From Candidatus Dormiibacterota bacterium (GTDB lineage: Bacteria > Chloroflexota > Dormibacteria > Aeolococcales > Aeolococcaceae), in NCBI GenBank assembly GCA_963718525.1, contig OY970355.1, positions 2,432,001 through 2,496,000 on the forward strand: a stretch of DNA of 64,000 bases, read 5' to 3'. Below the pieces are notes generated by a model. The model did not search any database, was not told the origin of the DNA, and saw only the letters and a program-made list of their open reading frames with translations. The position numbers and the translations under genes were made by a program. Of the stretch, positions 31,398 to 40,876 are shown piece by piece (positions within the stretch are counted from its first letter, which is position 1; every line of letters begins with the position of its first letter).

Positions 31398-31577
31398 GGC
31401 CGCGAGGGCGTCGGCTGTTAGACCGATGAAACCCATTGCGGATCGTGCCGAACCGGGCAAGGCGAGGATGTGGCGAGAACGTGCACGGCGGCAAATGGGC
31501 CTGCAGCCCAGTATGCGTGCGTCGCGTGTCAGCAAAATCGCCTCCGGAGGCGTTAGTAAGGATGTGATTGGATCAGC
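31398..31577 (+). repeat. ~180-bp diverged direct repeat, copy 1 (promoter region plus first codons of ECF sigma)
   Basis: aligns with 34276-34453; preceded by a tandem GGGCGTCGGCCGCGA unit. Confidence 0.8.
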
Positions 31578-32085
31578 GAGCCGGGTGACGACGAACGAAT
31601 CCCTGCCCGAGCTGGAGTTTGAGGCCGTCGTGGCCGCCGACGCGAGGCGGCTGTACACACTCGCGCTCTCCATCCTCCGGGACGAAGGCGAGGCCGAGGA
31701 CGCGGTGCAAGAGACGCTGCTCAAGGCATGGCGATCGTGGCCCTCCATCTCAGAGAGCGATCACCTCGCGCGATGGCTGACCCGCGTGTGCGTCAACCAC
31801 TGCACCAGCGTGCGCCGGCAACTCCACGCTCGAGGCTGGCCACCACTCGCACTCTTCGACGCGGCCGGATCGTCCGGTGGCCCCGGCAACCCCGCCGAGA
31901 TCATCGACGTCGATCGTGCATACCGCCGCCTGTCGATCAGGCAGCGGGCAGCCATCACCCTCAACTACCGGTACGGCTACTCGGTCGAGGAGTCCGCCGG
32001 TTTGATGGGATGCAGTCCCGGCACGGTGCGTACGCATGTCGCGCGCGGGCTGGCCTCATTGCGAAAGGAGCTTGGCGATGCTTGA
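31564..32085 (+). CDS. ECF RNA polymerase sigma factor
   Basis: AEDAVQETLLKAWRSW (region 2); YSVEESAGLMGCSPGTVRTHVARG (region 4). Confidence 0.92.
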   Translation: MIGSASRVTTNESLPELEFEAVVAADARRLYTLALSILRDEGEAEDAVQETLLKAWRSWPSISESDHLARWLTRVCVNHCTSVRRQLHARGWPPLALFDAAGSSGGPGNPAEIIDVDRAYRRLSIRQRAAITLNYRYGYSVEESAGLMGCSPGTVRTHVARGLASLRKELGDA

Positions 32086-33298
32086 CATTGAGCCCGAATT
32101 GGACCGAAAGCTGCGGGCTCTGTACGACCACATCGAGGCTCAGTATCCGCCTGCAAGCCTCGAGGTGATTGCGACGCCGGCGTTGCCCTCACGCCGTAAG
32201 GTGGTCAGTCGTCTCGTCAGCGTTGCCGGGATCGCCGCAATCGCTGCGGGCATAGTGCTATTCGCGACTGAGTTGAACGCACACCGCATCACCACGCCAA
32301 CGACGCCGGCTACGTACCCGGTGTGGTCGCCGAGCCCCTTGTCGTCGCCAGGCCCCCGGCTCGCGCTGCCGAGCTTGCCCGACCGCACCCTGCTACCCGT
32401 ATCCGTGCGCGTCCTGGTACCGGAGACGCAGGGCACGGGAGAGGCAACGGTAACGATCATCCCCGAAGGGAAGCTCTACATTCAGTACGCGTGCGTCGGA
32501 AACAGCGCCTTCATCATCCTTCCGACGAACGTGTCCGTCCTCGGCCCCGAGCTTCGCCCGAGCTGCTCATCCTCCTACGCCGAGGCCCGCGCCGCCGGTC
32601 CCACGGTGCCCGCCTACTGGACGGACGTGTCGACGGGGGTCTACCTCGGGAAGCCTTTGACGCTCAAGATTTATACCAACTCATCGACGACCTGGGAAAT
32701 CTTCGTCGCGGAGAGTGACCCGCATTACGGTGCCAACGTGATCACCAATGGAAGCTTCGAGCAGCCGGTGGTGAACCCCCAATTGAGCAGCGGCAATCCG
32801 CCGACGTTTACATCATTGCCCGGCTGGGCGATGGTCGGTGGCGTCGACATCTACGGCAGCGCTTTTGATCCAGGCTACCCTGCGCTGGACGGAAGCCAGT
32901 ATCTCGTGCTCACCGGCACCGTGCGCGCGCGGGGAGAGGTCTCCCAGCGCGTGCACACTATGCCCGGGGAGACGTACCGGCTGACCTTCTTGGAAGGGTC
33001 CATCCCCTACGCGTGTGGCGGCGACGCTTACGTGATCGACGTCTCCTGGAACGGCATGAAGGTACTGGGCTTGTCGTCAACACCGGTACCGCCGTCGAAG
33101 TCCAGCCCCGAGCCCACGGCGTCTTCGACGGGCCCGCTCGGTGGGCCAGGATCTCCGCCGAGCGCCGTGTGGTACACCGTTGCCGACACATCGCTCGTCG
33201 CGACCACGACCACCACGACAATCAGCTTCGCCGGCGGCGCCGGGTGTGGAGCGGCGCTCGACGAGGTGATCCTGCAGCAGGTTCTCCCGACGCCGTAG
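32078..33298 (+). CDS. putative anti-sigma membrane protein with C-terminal DUF642-like domain
   Basis: overlaps the sigma stop, single TM helix, NVITNGSFEQP...CGAALDEV. Confidence 0.65.
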   Translation: MLDIEPELDRKLRALYDHIEAQYPPASLEVIATPALPSRRKVVSRLVSVAGIAAIAAGIVLFATELNAHRITTPTTPATYPVWSPSPLSSPGPRLALPSLPDRTLLPVSVRVLVPETQGTGEATVTIIPEGKLYIQYACVGNSAFIILPTNVSVLGPELRPSCSSSYAEARAAGPTVPAYWTDVSTGVYLGKPLTLKIYTNSSTTWEIFVAESDPHYGANVITNGSFEQPVVNPQLSSGNPPTFTSLPGWAMVGGVDIYGSAFDPGYPALDGSQYLVLTGTVRARGEVSQRVHTMPGETYRLTFLEGSIPYACGGDAYVIDVSWNGMKVLGLSSTPVPPSKSSPEPTASSTGPLGGPGSPPSAVWYTVADTSLVATTTTTTISFAGGAGCGAALDEVILQQVLPTP

Positions 33299-33329
33299 GG
33301 CGTTTCGCGGATCTCGGCGAAGCGAAGTA

Positions 33330-34040
33330 GTGCGATGTGCCGGGCGCGCCGCAGCGCGACAGCCCATCCGTTCCAAGAGAACGAATAGGAGAGCGACCAC
33401 GGCAGCCGACGGCACAACCCAGGCGTTGGGCAACGATTCACCCGGGTACGGTGCTCATAGCCACGGGACCCTCGGTCGTCTGGGCGAAAGTCCTGAACAC
33501 GGTCATCCCCGAAGGCCGCTCTGGCTCGTCGCTTTGGGTGGTGAGCTCACTCTCGGTGCATGCAGCGCCTCGGACCAGGCACCCGCGCTGCACGTGTCCG
33601 CCAGGTCGGTGTCCGCTACACCGACGCCCAACTCGTTGCAGGAGCCCGTCTTCTGGGGGCCGGTCGGAACGGCGTTCACGTTCCAAGACGCTACGGGTAA
33701 CGTGATGACCGTATCCCTCATCGACGTGATGTACGGACCTCAACGGACGAGCGACATCAGCCCGGGCATCGCATATCGGTGGGTTGGCGCCACGTTCAAA
33801 ATCGTCGGACTATCCGACACCTCCTCGGGTGTCCCGAACGCTGAAGCTTCATTATCCCGGGCCCCGGCGACATGAAAAGGTATCGCCCCCAACCCCAACG
33901 GCGTTATGGCCGGCTACCCAAGCTTCCGGGGCGGCTACACCGTCACCGCCTGACAGACGAGCATCGGGTGCGCCAGTTTCAAGGGTCCGTGGGATGACCG
34001 CTGGCAACGGATCGAATGGCGTGCTGGGTCAGGCGCGACG
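33330..34040 (+). pseudogene. degenerate secreted/lipoprotein gene
   Basis: LGACS lipobox-like motif, beta-rich segment, then frame breakdown. Confidence 0.3.
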
Positions 34041-34275
34041 CCGGTCAGCTGGTACGTCCCTGAGCCCTGAGGATCGGTGATCGCGGAATGTTCCCAAGGG
34101 CTGCATCAGGACCTAACCAGGTTGTCGAGGGTGGTCGCCCCGCCGCGTCCTCAGGTGCATCACGTGGTGCTCGTCGAGCCACAAAATCTAAGTGATAACG
34201 AGGGAGGCGTGAAATCAGGACTATGTAGAGCGGGAGATCAACGCTGACCACGATCGGCCAGAGAGCCCGGTTGAT

Positions 34276-34453
34276 GGCCGCGAGGGCGTCGGCCGTTAGA
34301 CCGAGGACGCCGCCCGGATCGCGCCGAACGAGAGAGGGCAAGGATGTGGCGACAGCGTGCCCGGCGACGCACGCGCTTGCGGCCCAACATGCCCATATAG
34401 CGTGTCAGTCAAATCGCCTCCGGATGCGTTAGTAAGGGAGTGATTGGATCAGC
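34276..34453 (+). repeat. ~180-bp diverged direct repeat, copy 2
   Basis: shares CGTGTCAG..AAATCGCCTCCGGA.GCGTTAGTAAGG..GTGATTGGATCAGC with copy 1. Confidence 0.8.
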
Positions 34454-34631
34454 AGATGGCAGGCGCCTGCTCCTCAGTTCGATCGATGGCGTGGTTTCGG
34501 TCGCCGTAGCGCCTGGGTTACCACCGATCGTGGACACGAGTGGGCAGCTCAACTACCCGGGCGGGGGACTCGACCTGGAGTGGTCGTGGTCGGAGGTGAC
34601 GTGGCAACCGGTGACAGGTGCAACGAGGTGA
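34440..34631 (+). pseudogene. chimeric remnant: sigma-like MIGSA start fused to a TolB/WD40-like C-terminus
   Basis: MIGSA-DGRRLLLSS...VTWQP. Confidence 0.45.
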
Positions 34632-35373
34632 GTAGTCACCGGCGCGCGAACACCCTGGTGGTCGCGATGGTCGTCGCGGTGCTGGCAAGCGGGTGCACGG
34701 CGGGCACCGCCCCGACACCCAGGTCGTCGCCAGTCACTACGGCCGTACCGACGCCCGCTCCCACGTTCAGTCCCGGCGTCGCGGCACTCACGGCCGGGAC
34801 GCACGCAACGCTGGTGATGGGTCGGGCAGCTATCCCGAGTACACCGTGGTCGTGCCCAAAGGCTGGTTCGTGTACGAAGGCCGCTTCATCATCACCGGAC
34901 CCACCGAGCCGGTGCTGGGCTTGAGTGTGTGGGACGTGGGACAGGTCTTCCGCGACCCGTGCCACTGGCAGGGCCAGGGGTTCGACCCGGGGCCGAGCGT
35001 GGAGGACCTCGTTGCCGCGCTCGTCGCCCAGAAGATGCGCAACGCCACCACGCCGACCGACGTGACCCTCGCCGGGTACGCGGGCAAATACTTCGAGTGG
35101 TCGGTGCCTGCTGACCTAAAGTCGAGCTCGTGGACCAGCTTCGACGCCTGCGACCTCGACTCCGACGGCGTCCATCGCGACTTCCTCAGCTGGCTTGGCA
35201 ACGGCATGGGCGACCGCTATGAGGAGGTCCCGGGCCAGGTCGACCAGTTGTGGGTCCTCGACGTCAACGGGCAGCGGCTGGTCGTTGACGCCACCTACTC
35301 ACCGGACACCTCCCAAGGTCAGCGGGCGGAATTGGAGCGACTCGTGGACTCACTCCGGTTCAGCGCTCACTAG
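34628..35373 (+). pseudogene. lipoprotein, frameshift near 34805
   Basis: LASGC lipobox in one frame; globular domain (YTVVVPKGW..DPCHW..VNGQRLVV) in another. Confidence 0.65.
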
Positions 35374-35449
35374 GCGCGGCCCCGCCCGCCACGCGGCGAC
35401 AACCGGTACGTTTGACCTGGTCGCCGTGAAGTTGTCGCTCGCTCCGACC

Positions 35450-35599
35450 CTAAACAGTTGCGACTCCGTTCGGTGCGCGAGTCCACGGCCAGCCCGACGC
35501 CGGCGGAATCGCGAGCCCTCGCTGATGCTCGGTTTTGACCAGCTGCCAGCCGCCTTCATGTACCGACCAGTAGTGGCGATGACACAGGAGCACCACATT
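35450..35599 (-). pseudogene. C-terminal part of a DUF222/HNH gene cut by element integration
   Basis: NVVLLCHRHYWSVHEGGWQLV...* begins exactly at the att core. Confidence 0.8.
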
Positions 35600-35624
35600 G
35601 TTCGTTAGTCGCTAATATGACCCC
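35598..35624 (+). repeat. left att site (TT core + arm)
   Basis: TT-GTTCGTTAGTCGCTAATATGACCCC, imperfect inverted copy of the arm at 44621-44645. Confidence 0.8.
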
Positions 35625-35626
35625 CA

Positions 35627-37024
35627 GTGGAGCCTCGCGCCGCAGCCATCTACGCTCGCATCAGCAGTGATGTAGAGGGCTCAGGCCTTGGCGTCGGTCG
35701 CCAGCTCGCCGACTGTCGCGCCTTGGCGAAGAGCCTAGGGTGGACAGTCGCCCAGGAATACGTCGACAACGATCTCTCTGCCTATACGGGCAAGGAGCGA
35801 CCCGCCTACGTGCAGATGCTCGCGGATCTTCACGAGGGCATCCGCGACGCCGTCCTCGTCTACCACCTGGACCAACTCACCCGACGTCCGATCGACCTCG
35901 AACACTTCCTCGCCGTCATTGCAGCCGCACGGGTATCGCACGTTCGCTTCGTGGCGAGCGGTATGGATCTCGCCACGGGCGATGGCTACCTCATGGCCCG
36001 GATGCTGGCCGCCTTCGCCGCCGAGGAGTCCACCGCGAAGAGCCGACGCGTCAGACGGAAGCTCGACGATGTCGCGGCGGCCGGAAGACCACACGGCGGG
36101 TATCAACGACCATTCGGCTACGAGTCGGACAAGATCACGGTCCGCGAAAGCGAAGCCGCGGTCGTCCGCCAGATCGTTGCTCGCTTCACCGCCGGCGAAA
36201 GCTTGCGGTCCCTCTGTCAGTGGCTTGACGAACAGGGGGTGCGCACCGTCAGCGGGAATCGCTGGCGTAGCACAACGCTCCGAGCCATCCTGACGTCCGG
36301 GCGTATCGCTGGTCTCCGCGACCATCGTGGACAGGTCGTCGCGTCCGCCGTTTGGCACGGCCTCATCACGCTCCCGGACCGCGACCGTGTTCTCGCTCGT
36401 TTCGCGGAAATGAAACTCTCGAAACGTCGGGCCCCGCAGCGCTACCTCCTCTCCGGCATGCTGCGCTGCGGTCGATGCAACGGCACCTTGTTTGCTTCAC
36501 CACGCACTCGGACTCGACGACGTTACGTCTGTCTCTCCGGACCCGACCATGGCGGCTGCGGTCGGATTACCGTTACTGCGGCGCCGGTCGAGCAGTTGAT
36601 TGCTGATGCCGTGCTCTACCGCCTCGATACGCCCGAGCTTGCCGACGCCCTCGCCGGACGCGCCGCTGCAGACGAGCGAGCCGCGCTCGTCGCCGATGTT
36701 CTCGCCGCGGATCGCGCTCAGCTGGAAGAACTGACGGACCTGTACGCGTCAAAGCAGATTACCGCCACGGAATGGCTCCGAGCCAGGCGTGGGATCGAGG
36801 ACCGCATCCATGCCGGGGAAGCTCAACTCTCTCGCGCCACCCACACCGAGGCACTAATCGGGCTGCACCGCGGCGACGCGCTTCGCGCTCAGTGGCGCGA
36901 CCTTCCTCTCAGCCGCAAGGTTGCCATCGTCCGTGCCCTGGTCGATCACGCCACCGTTGGCCCGGGGATCAGAGGGGCTCAGCGGCTCGATCCGAACCGT
37001 GTCGAGGCAGTCTGGCGACTCTGA
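35627..37024 (+). CDS. large serine recombinase (integrase)
   Basis: YARISSD catalytic Ser, LDQLTR, RPFGY, zinc ribbon YLLSGMLRCGRC, coiled coil. Confidence 0.95.
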   Translation: MEPRAAAIYARISSDVEGSGLGVGRQLADCRALAKSLGWTVAQEYVDNDLSAYTGKERPAYVQMLADLHEGIRDAVLVYHLDQLTRRPIDLEHFLAVIAAARVSHVRFVASGMDLATGDGYLMARMLAAFAAEESTAKSRRVRRKLDDVAAAGRPHGGYQRPFGYESDKITVRESEAAVVRQIVARFTAGESLRSLCQWLDEQGVRTVSGNRWRSTTLRAILTSGRIAGLRDHRGQVVASAVWHGLITLPDRDRVLARFAEMKLSKRRAPQRYLLSGMLRCGRCNGTLFASPRTRTRRRYVCLSGPDHGGCGRITVTAAPVEQLIADAVLYRLDTPELADALAGRAAADERAALVADVLAADRAQLEELTDLYASKQITATEWLRARRGIEDRIHAGEAQLSRATHTEALIGLHRGDALRAQWRDLPLSRKVAIVRALVDHATVGPGIRGAQRLDPNRVEAVWRL

Positions 37025-37201
37025 TCGGACCGGCATGCGCGCTCGGCCGCCCTGACATGCGGACGAGCGCGCTGCGTCTCCGAGCAGCGCGACAACCTGT
37101 CCGATAACGAGGCGGTCGATCACCTTGACCTCGATACCTTGCGCTGCGCACGAGCGTCGTGCCCACGCCTCCGCGTTGGCCCGTGAGAGGAAGCTCTTCA
37201 C
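36854..37201 (-). CDS. small protein convergent with the integrase (candidate RDF)
   Basis: GTG overlaps the reconstructed relaxase stop; AWARRSCAAQGIEVKVID. Confidence 0.4.
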   Translation of the reverse strand: MKSFLSRANAEAWARRSCAAQGIEVKVIDRLVIGQVVALLGDAARSSACQGGRARMPVRSESPDCLDTVRIEPLSPSDPRANGGVIDQGTDDGNLAAERKVAPLSAKRVAAVQPD

Positions 37202-38530
37202 GAGCCGCCCCGCCACTCAGCGAGCATCCGACGGTGGCGGGCGCGCAAACGTGGACGCGCTGCCTCAATAGCCTCAAACAGCGGCTCATAGCCCGTGTAT
37301 TCGACGACTGCCGCGAGCGTTGGGCCGTACTGCTGCGAGTGATGTCCCTTATCGTGGTGTAAATCCGGGGTGACCTCAGGGCTGCCGACGAGGTAGACAA
37401 AGTAGGCCACCGCGGAGTTCTCTTGGAAGCTCTAACCCAAACCAGGAGACCCACGATGGCCCAGAACAGGATGACGCACCAGGCGCTGATCGATCAACTT
37501 CAGGGCGCGGACACGGACGTGTTGCGACGTGTCCTCGAACACGCCATGCAGCGGCTCATCGAAGCCGAGGCGGCCACGCAGATCGGCGCCGGCCCACACG
37601 AGCGAGCATCGACACGCACCACGTACCGCAACGGCTACCGAGAGCGGGTTCTCGACACCGGCTCGGGACGCCTCGAGCTGCAGATCCCCAAGCTGCGCTC
37701 TGGCAGCTTCTTCCCGTCGCTGCTCGAGCCTCGGCGACGTATCGATCGCGCGCTGCTGGCGGTCGTCCAAGAGGCCTACGTGCTCGGCATCAGCACGCGC
37801 AAGGTCGACGACCTCATGGCCGCCTTGGGTGGCTGCAGCATCAGTCGCAGCGAGGTGAGCCGGATCTGCGCGCTGCTCGACGAGGAGCTCGCCGAGTTCC
37901 GGGAGCGGCCCCTCGATGAGCCGTACCCGTACGTCTGGTTCGACGCGACCTACGAAAAGGTGCGTCAGGGTGCGCGCATCGTGAGCCAAGCGGCGGTGGT
38001 GGCCGTGGGTGTGCGCGACAGCGGCGAGAAGAGCGTGCTCGGGCTTGCGGTCGGCACCAGCGAGAGCGAGGCGTTCTGGCTGGAGTTCTGCCGCAGCCTG
38101 TCGCGACGCGGACTGAGCGGCGTGCAGCTGGTCATCTCCGACGCCCACGAAGGGCTGCGCAGTGCGCTGTCGCAGGTGTTCACTGGGGCGACGTGGCAGC
38201 GCTGCAAGGTGCACTTTCTGCGCAACATGGCCAGCGCGGTCCCCAAGCTCCACGCGCCGGCGGTGCTGGCGGTGGTCAAGTCGATCTTCCTGCAGCCGAC
38301 GCGCGAGACCGCCCGCGACGCGGTGGGGCATGCGCTCACCGTGTTGGAGCCACGCTTTCCCGCGGTGGCAGCCAAGCTGCGTGCGGCTGAGGCCGATGTG
38401 CTCGCCTACCTGGATTTCCCGGTCGACCACTGGCGCTCGATCTCCTCGACCAACGCCATCGAGCGGGTCAATGCCGAGCTCGACCGCCGCGCCAAGGTGG
38501 TGGGCATCTTTCTGCGTCTGTACGCTCTCC

Positions 38531-38718
38531 CGTGGCAGTGGCGGAAGCACCGCTGTTGCTGCGAGGCTCCCGTGGGGCCGAGGGTGACCCGGCATTTTTC
38601 TGTCGAGCCCTCGGGCTCTGACCTGGTTAGGGCCAGTCCCCTCGGTCTTCGCGGGTGGCCGAGTGACCTCATAGCGGCGTGAATACTGAACGGCAGGAAT
38701 GTCCGAGGCCATCCACCC
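38531..38718 (+). ncRNA. IS110 bridge RNA
   Basis: 5' hairpin plus two internal-loop stems whose loop segments match the target flanks and the donor junction. Confidence 0.85.
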
Positions 38719-38740
38719 ATCAACACCACGGAGGGTCGGC

Positions 38741-39796
38741 ATGGTCATCATCGGCATCGATTGCCACACAAGGGTTCATGTGGCTGCAGCCATTGACGGA
38801 TCGGGGCAGGTCTGTGCGCGCTTCACAGCGGGTGCCAAGGCTGAGGAGCTCGAAGCGCTCACAAGGTGGGCGTGCCAACAAGCAGCCGGCCTGATCGCCG
38901 TCGAGGGCGCACGAGGCTTTGGCCTCGCGCTCACTCGATGCCTCCTCGCCGCTGGCTTGGAGGTCGTCGATGTCCCAACGCACATGACCGCTGACGGGCG
39001 CCGTCAGAGCCGCCGTCCGGGAAAGGACGATGAGAGCGATGCGGTGGTCATCGCGCGAGTTGCACTACGTGAACACGACCTGCCGCGGTTGCGTCCGGCG
39101 CATCTTGACTCGGATCTCAAACTGCTGGTGGACGCACGCGATCAGGTTGTTGCAGAAGGCACTCGTGTACGCAACCGGCTGCATGCGCTGCTGCTCACCG
39201 TGTCGCCCGGCTACCGCGATCACACCGGCGCTCTGTCGAGCAAGCGCGCACTCATCGTCGCTCGTCGCTTGGTGCTCCGAGCACGAGCGGCAGATCCGGT
39301 TCGCTGCCGCCTGGCCCTTGCAGCCATTCGCCAACTCCACGCCATCGATGCTGAAGCAGCCGGGCTGGAGGGCGAGATCAAACAAGCCGTGAGCGCAAGG
39401 CACCCGAAGCAGCTGCTCGCCATTTGCGGTGTGAGCACGCTGGTGGCCGGCAAGCTCCTCGGTGAGGCCCACGACATCACACGCTTCCCGACGGCGGCGT
39501 CGTTCGCAGCCCACGCTGGCGCCGCCCCGCTTCCGGCATCGAGCGGCGTCACGCGGCGACACCGTCTCAACCGAGGCGGCAACCGTCAACTCAACCGAGC
39601 CCTCTTCACGATCGCCATGGTGCAGGCACGCTGGCACCCTGGAGCGGTCGCCTATCTGGAGCGAAAACGTGGCGAAGGCAAGCGACCCGCCGAAGCGCGA
39701 CGCTGCCTCATGCGCCACCTTGCGGGTGTCGTCCACCGCGCCATGTTCCTCGACGCGACCGCGGTCAGCGCGAGTTCGGCCATGCCTGCCGCTTGA
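38741..39796 (+). CDS. IS110 recombinase (DEDD RuvC-like + Tnp20)
   Basis: IGIDCH, VEG, KDDESDA, AGAAPLPASSG, RGGNRQLNRAL; RBS GGAGG. Confidence 0.96.
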   Translation: MVIIGIDCHTRVHVAAAIDGSGQVCARFTAGAKAEELEALTRWACQQAAGLIAVEGARGFGLALTRCLLAAGLEVVDVPTHMTADGRRQSRRPGKDDESDAVVIARVALREHDLPRLRPAHLDSDLKLLVDARDQVVAEGTRVRNRLHALLLTVSPGYRDHTGALSSKRALIVARRLVLRARAADPVRCRLALAAIRQLHAIDAEAAGLEGEIKQAVSARHPKQLLAICGVSTLVAGKLLGEAHDITRFPTAASFAAHAGAAPLPASSGVTRRHRLNRGGNRQLNRALFTIAMVQARWHPGAVAYLERKRGEGKRPAEARRCLMRHLAGVVHRAMFLDATAVSASSAMPAA

Positions 39797-40844
39797 CATA
39801 GCGGCGCCCCAACAGCGCCTCACTGCTGCGGCTGTTCACCGCCGTGCTCCAGGACCAGCACGACGAGTGGCAGGACGGTCGCCGACATTTCAGTCAGCAG
39901 TCGATGGCTCGCCTGCTCCACCCCGACGGTCCGCCGTTGCTCACCAACCCGCTCACGGAGGGCCTTGTCGCTTAGTTCACCGACGTTGTGAGAACTCCAC
40001 CGAATTCACACCACTACCCGGGACTTGACCCTGCTGCGCAACGTTGCCGATCGCCTCGTCAGCACTGGGCACTCGTGCCGGCGCGAGGGCTAACTTCCTC
40101 TTCAGGCAGCCCAGGGCGAACTCCGACCACCATGGCGCGGTAACCCAACGAGACCGATTTCCGTCGCGACCCCGATCCTTGAAATCCAGGTAGTGGAGAA
40201 GCAGCTGCCCGAACACCGCCGACCGCTCATTACCGGGCGCCACCGCGACGAGCTCGGCCAAGGCAATGGCATGCTCGTCGCGCGCTTGCATCTCCACGCG
40301 AGTCCACGGCCCGGGCGCTTTCGCTTCGAGCGCCTTGTCGTAAATGCGGACGCGAAGGTCGGACTTTGGCGAGCCGAAGTACAGAGTTCGGCTTTCGGTT
40401 TCACCGAGAGCGTTGACGTACTCCGAGGCGCTCGCCAGCCGAAGATTGCGCACTAGGTGCCCAGCCTTCATCTCTCGATAGCAGCGATCCACACTCAGTG
40501 ACCCGGTTCGGTCATCGAGCGCAACGTCGAGGCGCGTGATCGACCGTCCGCGCTCCAGCAACATCCCGAGGAAGGGTTCCCACTCGGTGACCCGACCCGC
40601 GGCTTCTAGCGCACGGCAAGCCTTGCCGGGCATCCGGACGTGCACGCCCATGCCCGCTCGACCGTCATAGAAAACGTTAGTGCCTTCGGAGAGCCTCGAG
40701 CGCCGGTAGCCCATCGCACCGCGATCGCCCTCGATCCACTCGTCCGACTGGCGCGCGCACACGTCGTCGATGCTTGCCTCGTGCTCGGTCCACTCGAGCC
40801 AATCAACAAAGGCCTCGCTGGTGCGTTCGCCCCCTTCTGTACTG

Positions 40845-40876
40845 GTAACCCCCCTGTTAGTGGTCCGGGGGGTTGC
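40845..40876 (-). promoter_or_regulatory. oriT/dso-like nick-site hairpin inside the relaxase 5' end
   Basis: GCAACCCCCC-GGACCACTAACA-GGGGGGTTAC; resembles the ICEBs1 nicK oriT with CTAAC in the loop. Confidence 0.75.

Larger units (their letters stand above)
38511..39806 (+). mobile_element. IS110-family element
   Basis: removal restores the IS256 frame (ATC TTC CCC AAC); no TIR or TSD; long left non-coding end. Confidence 0.93.
37456..39975 (+). pseudogene. IS256 transposase split by IS110 (37456-38510 + 39807-39975)
   Basis: RNGYR, WFDATY, ISDAHEGL, WQRCKVHF, STNAIER..VVGIF|PNSASLLRL. Confidence 0.93.
37338..40030 (+). mobile_element. IS256-family element
   Basis: TIRs AGTGATGTCCCTTATCGTGGTGTAAAT / GGTCAAGTCCCGGGTAGTGGTGTGAAT; 8-bp TSD CTGCTGCG at 37330-37337 and 40031-40038. 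Confidence 0.93.

Noticed and set aside
31377-31415. 15-bp tandem repeat as a functional array
   Set aside because: Only ~2.7 copies; consistent with slippage duplication.
38511-38682. C-terminal extension of the IS256 transposase in the ORF track
   Set aside because: Read-through into the IS110 non-coding end; the true C-terminus is at 39807-39975.
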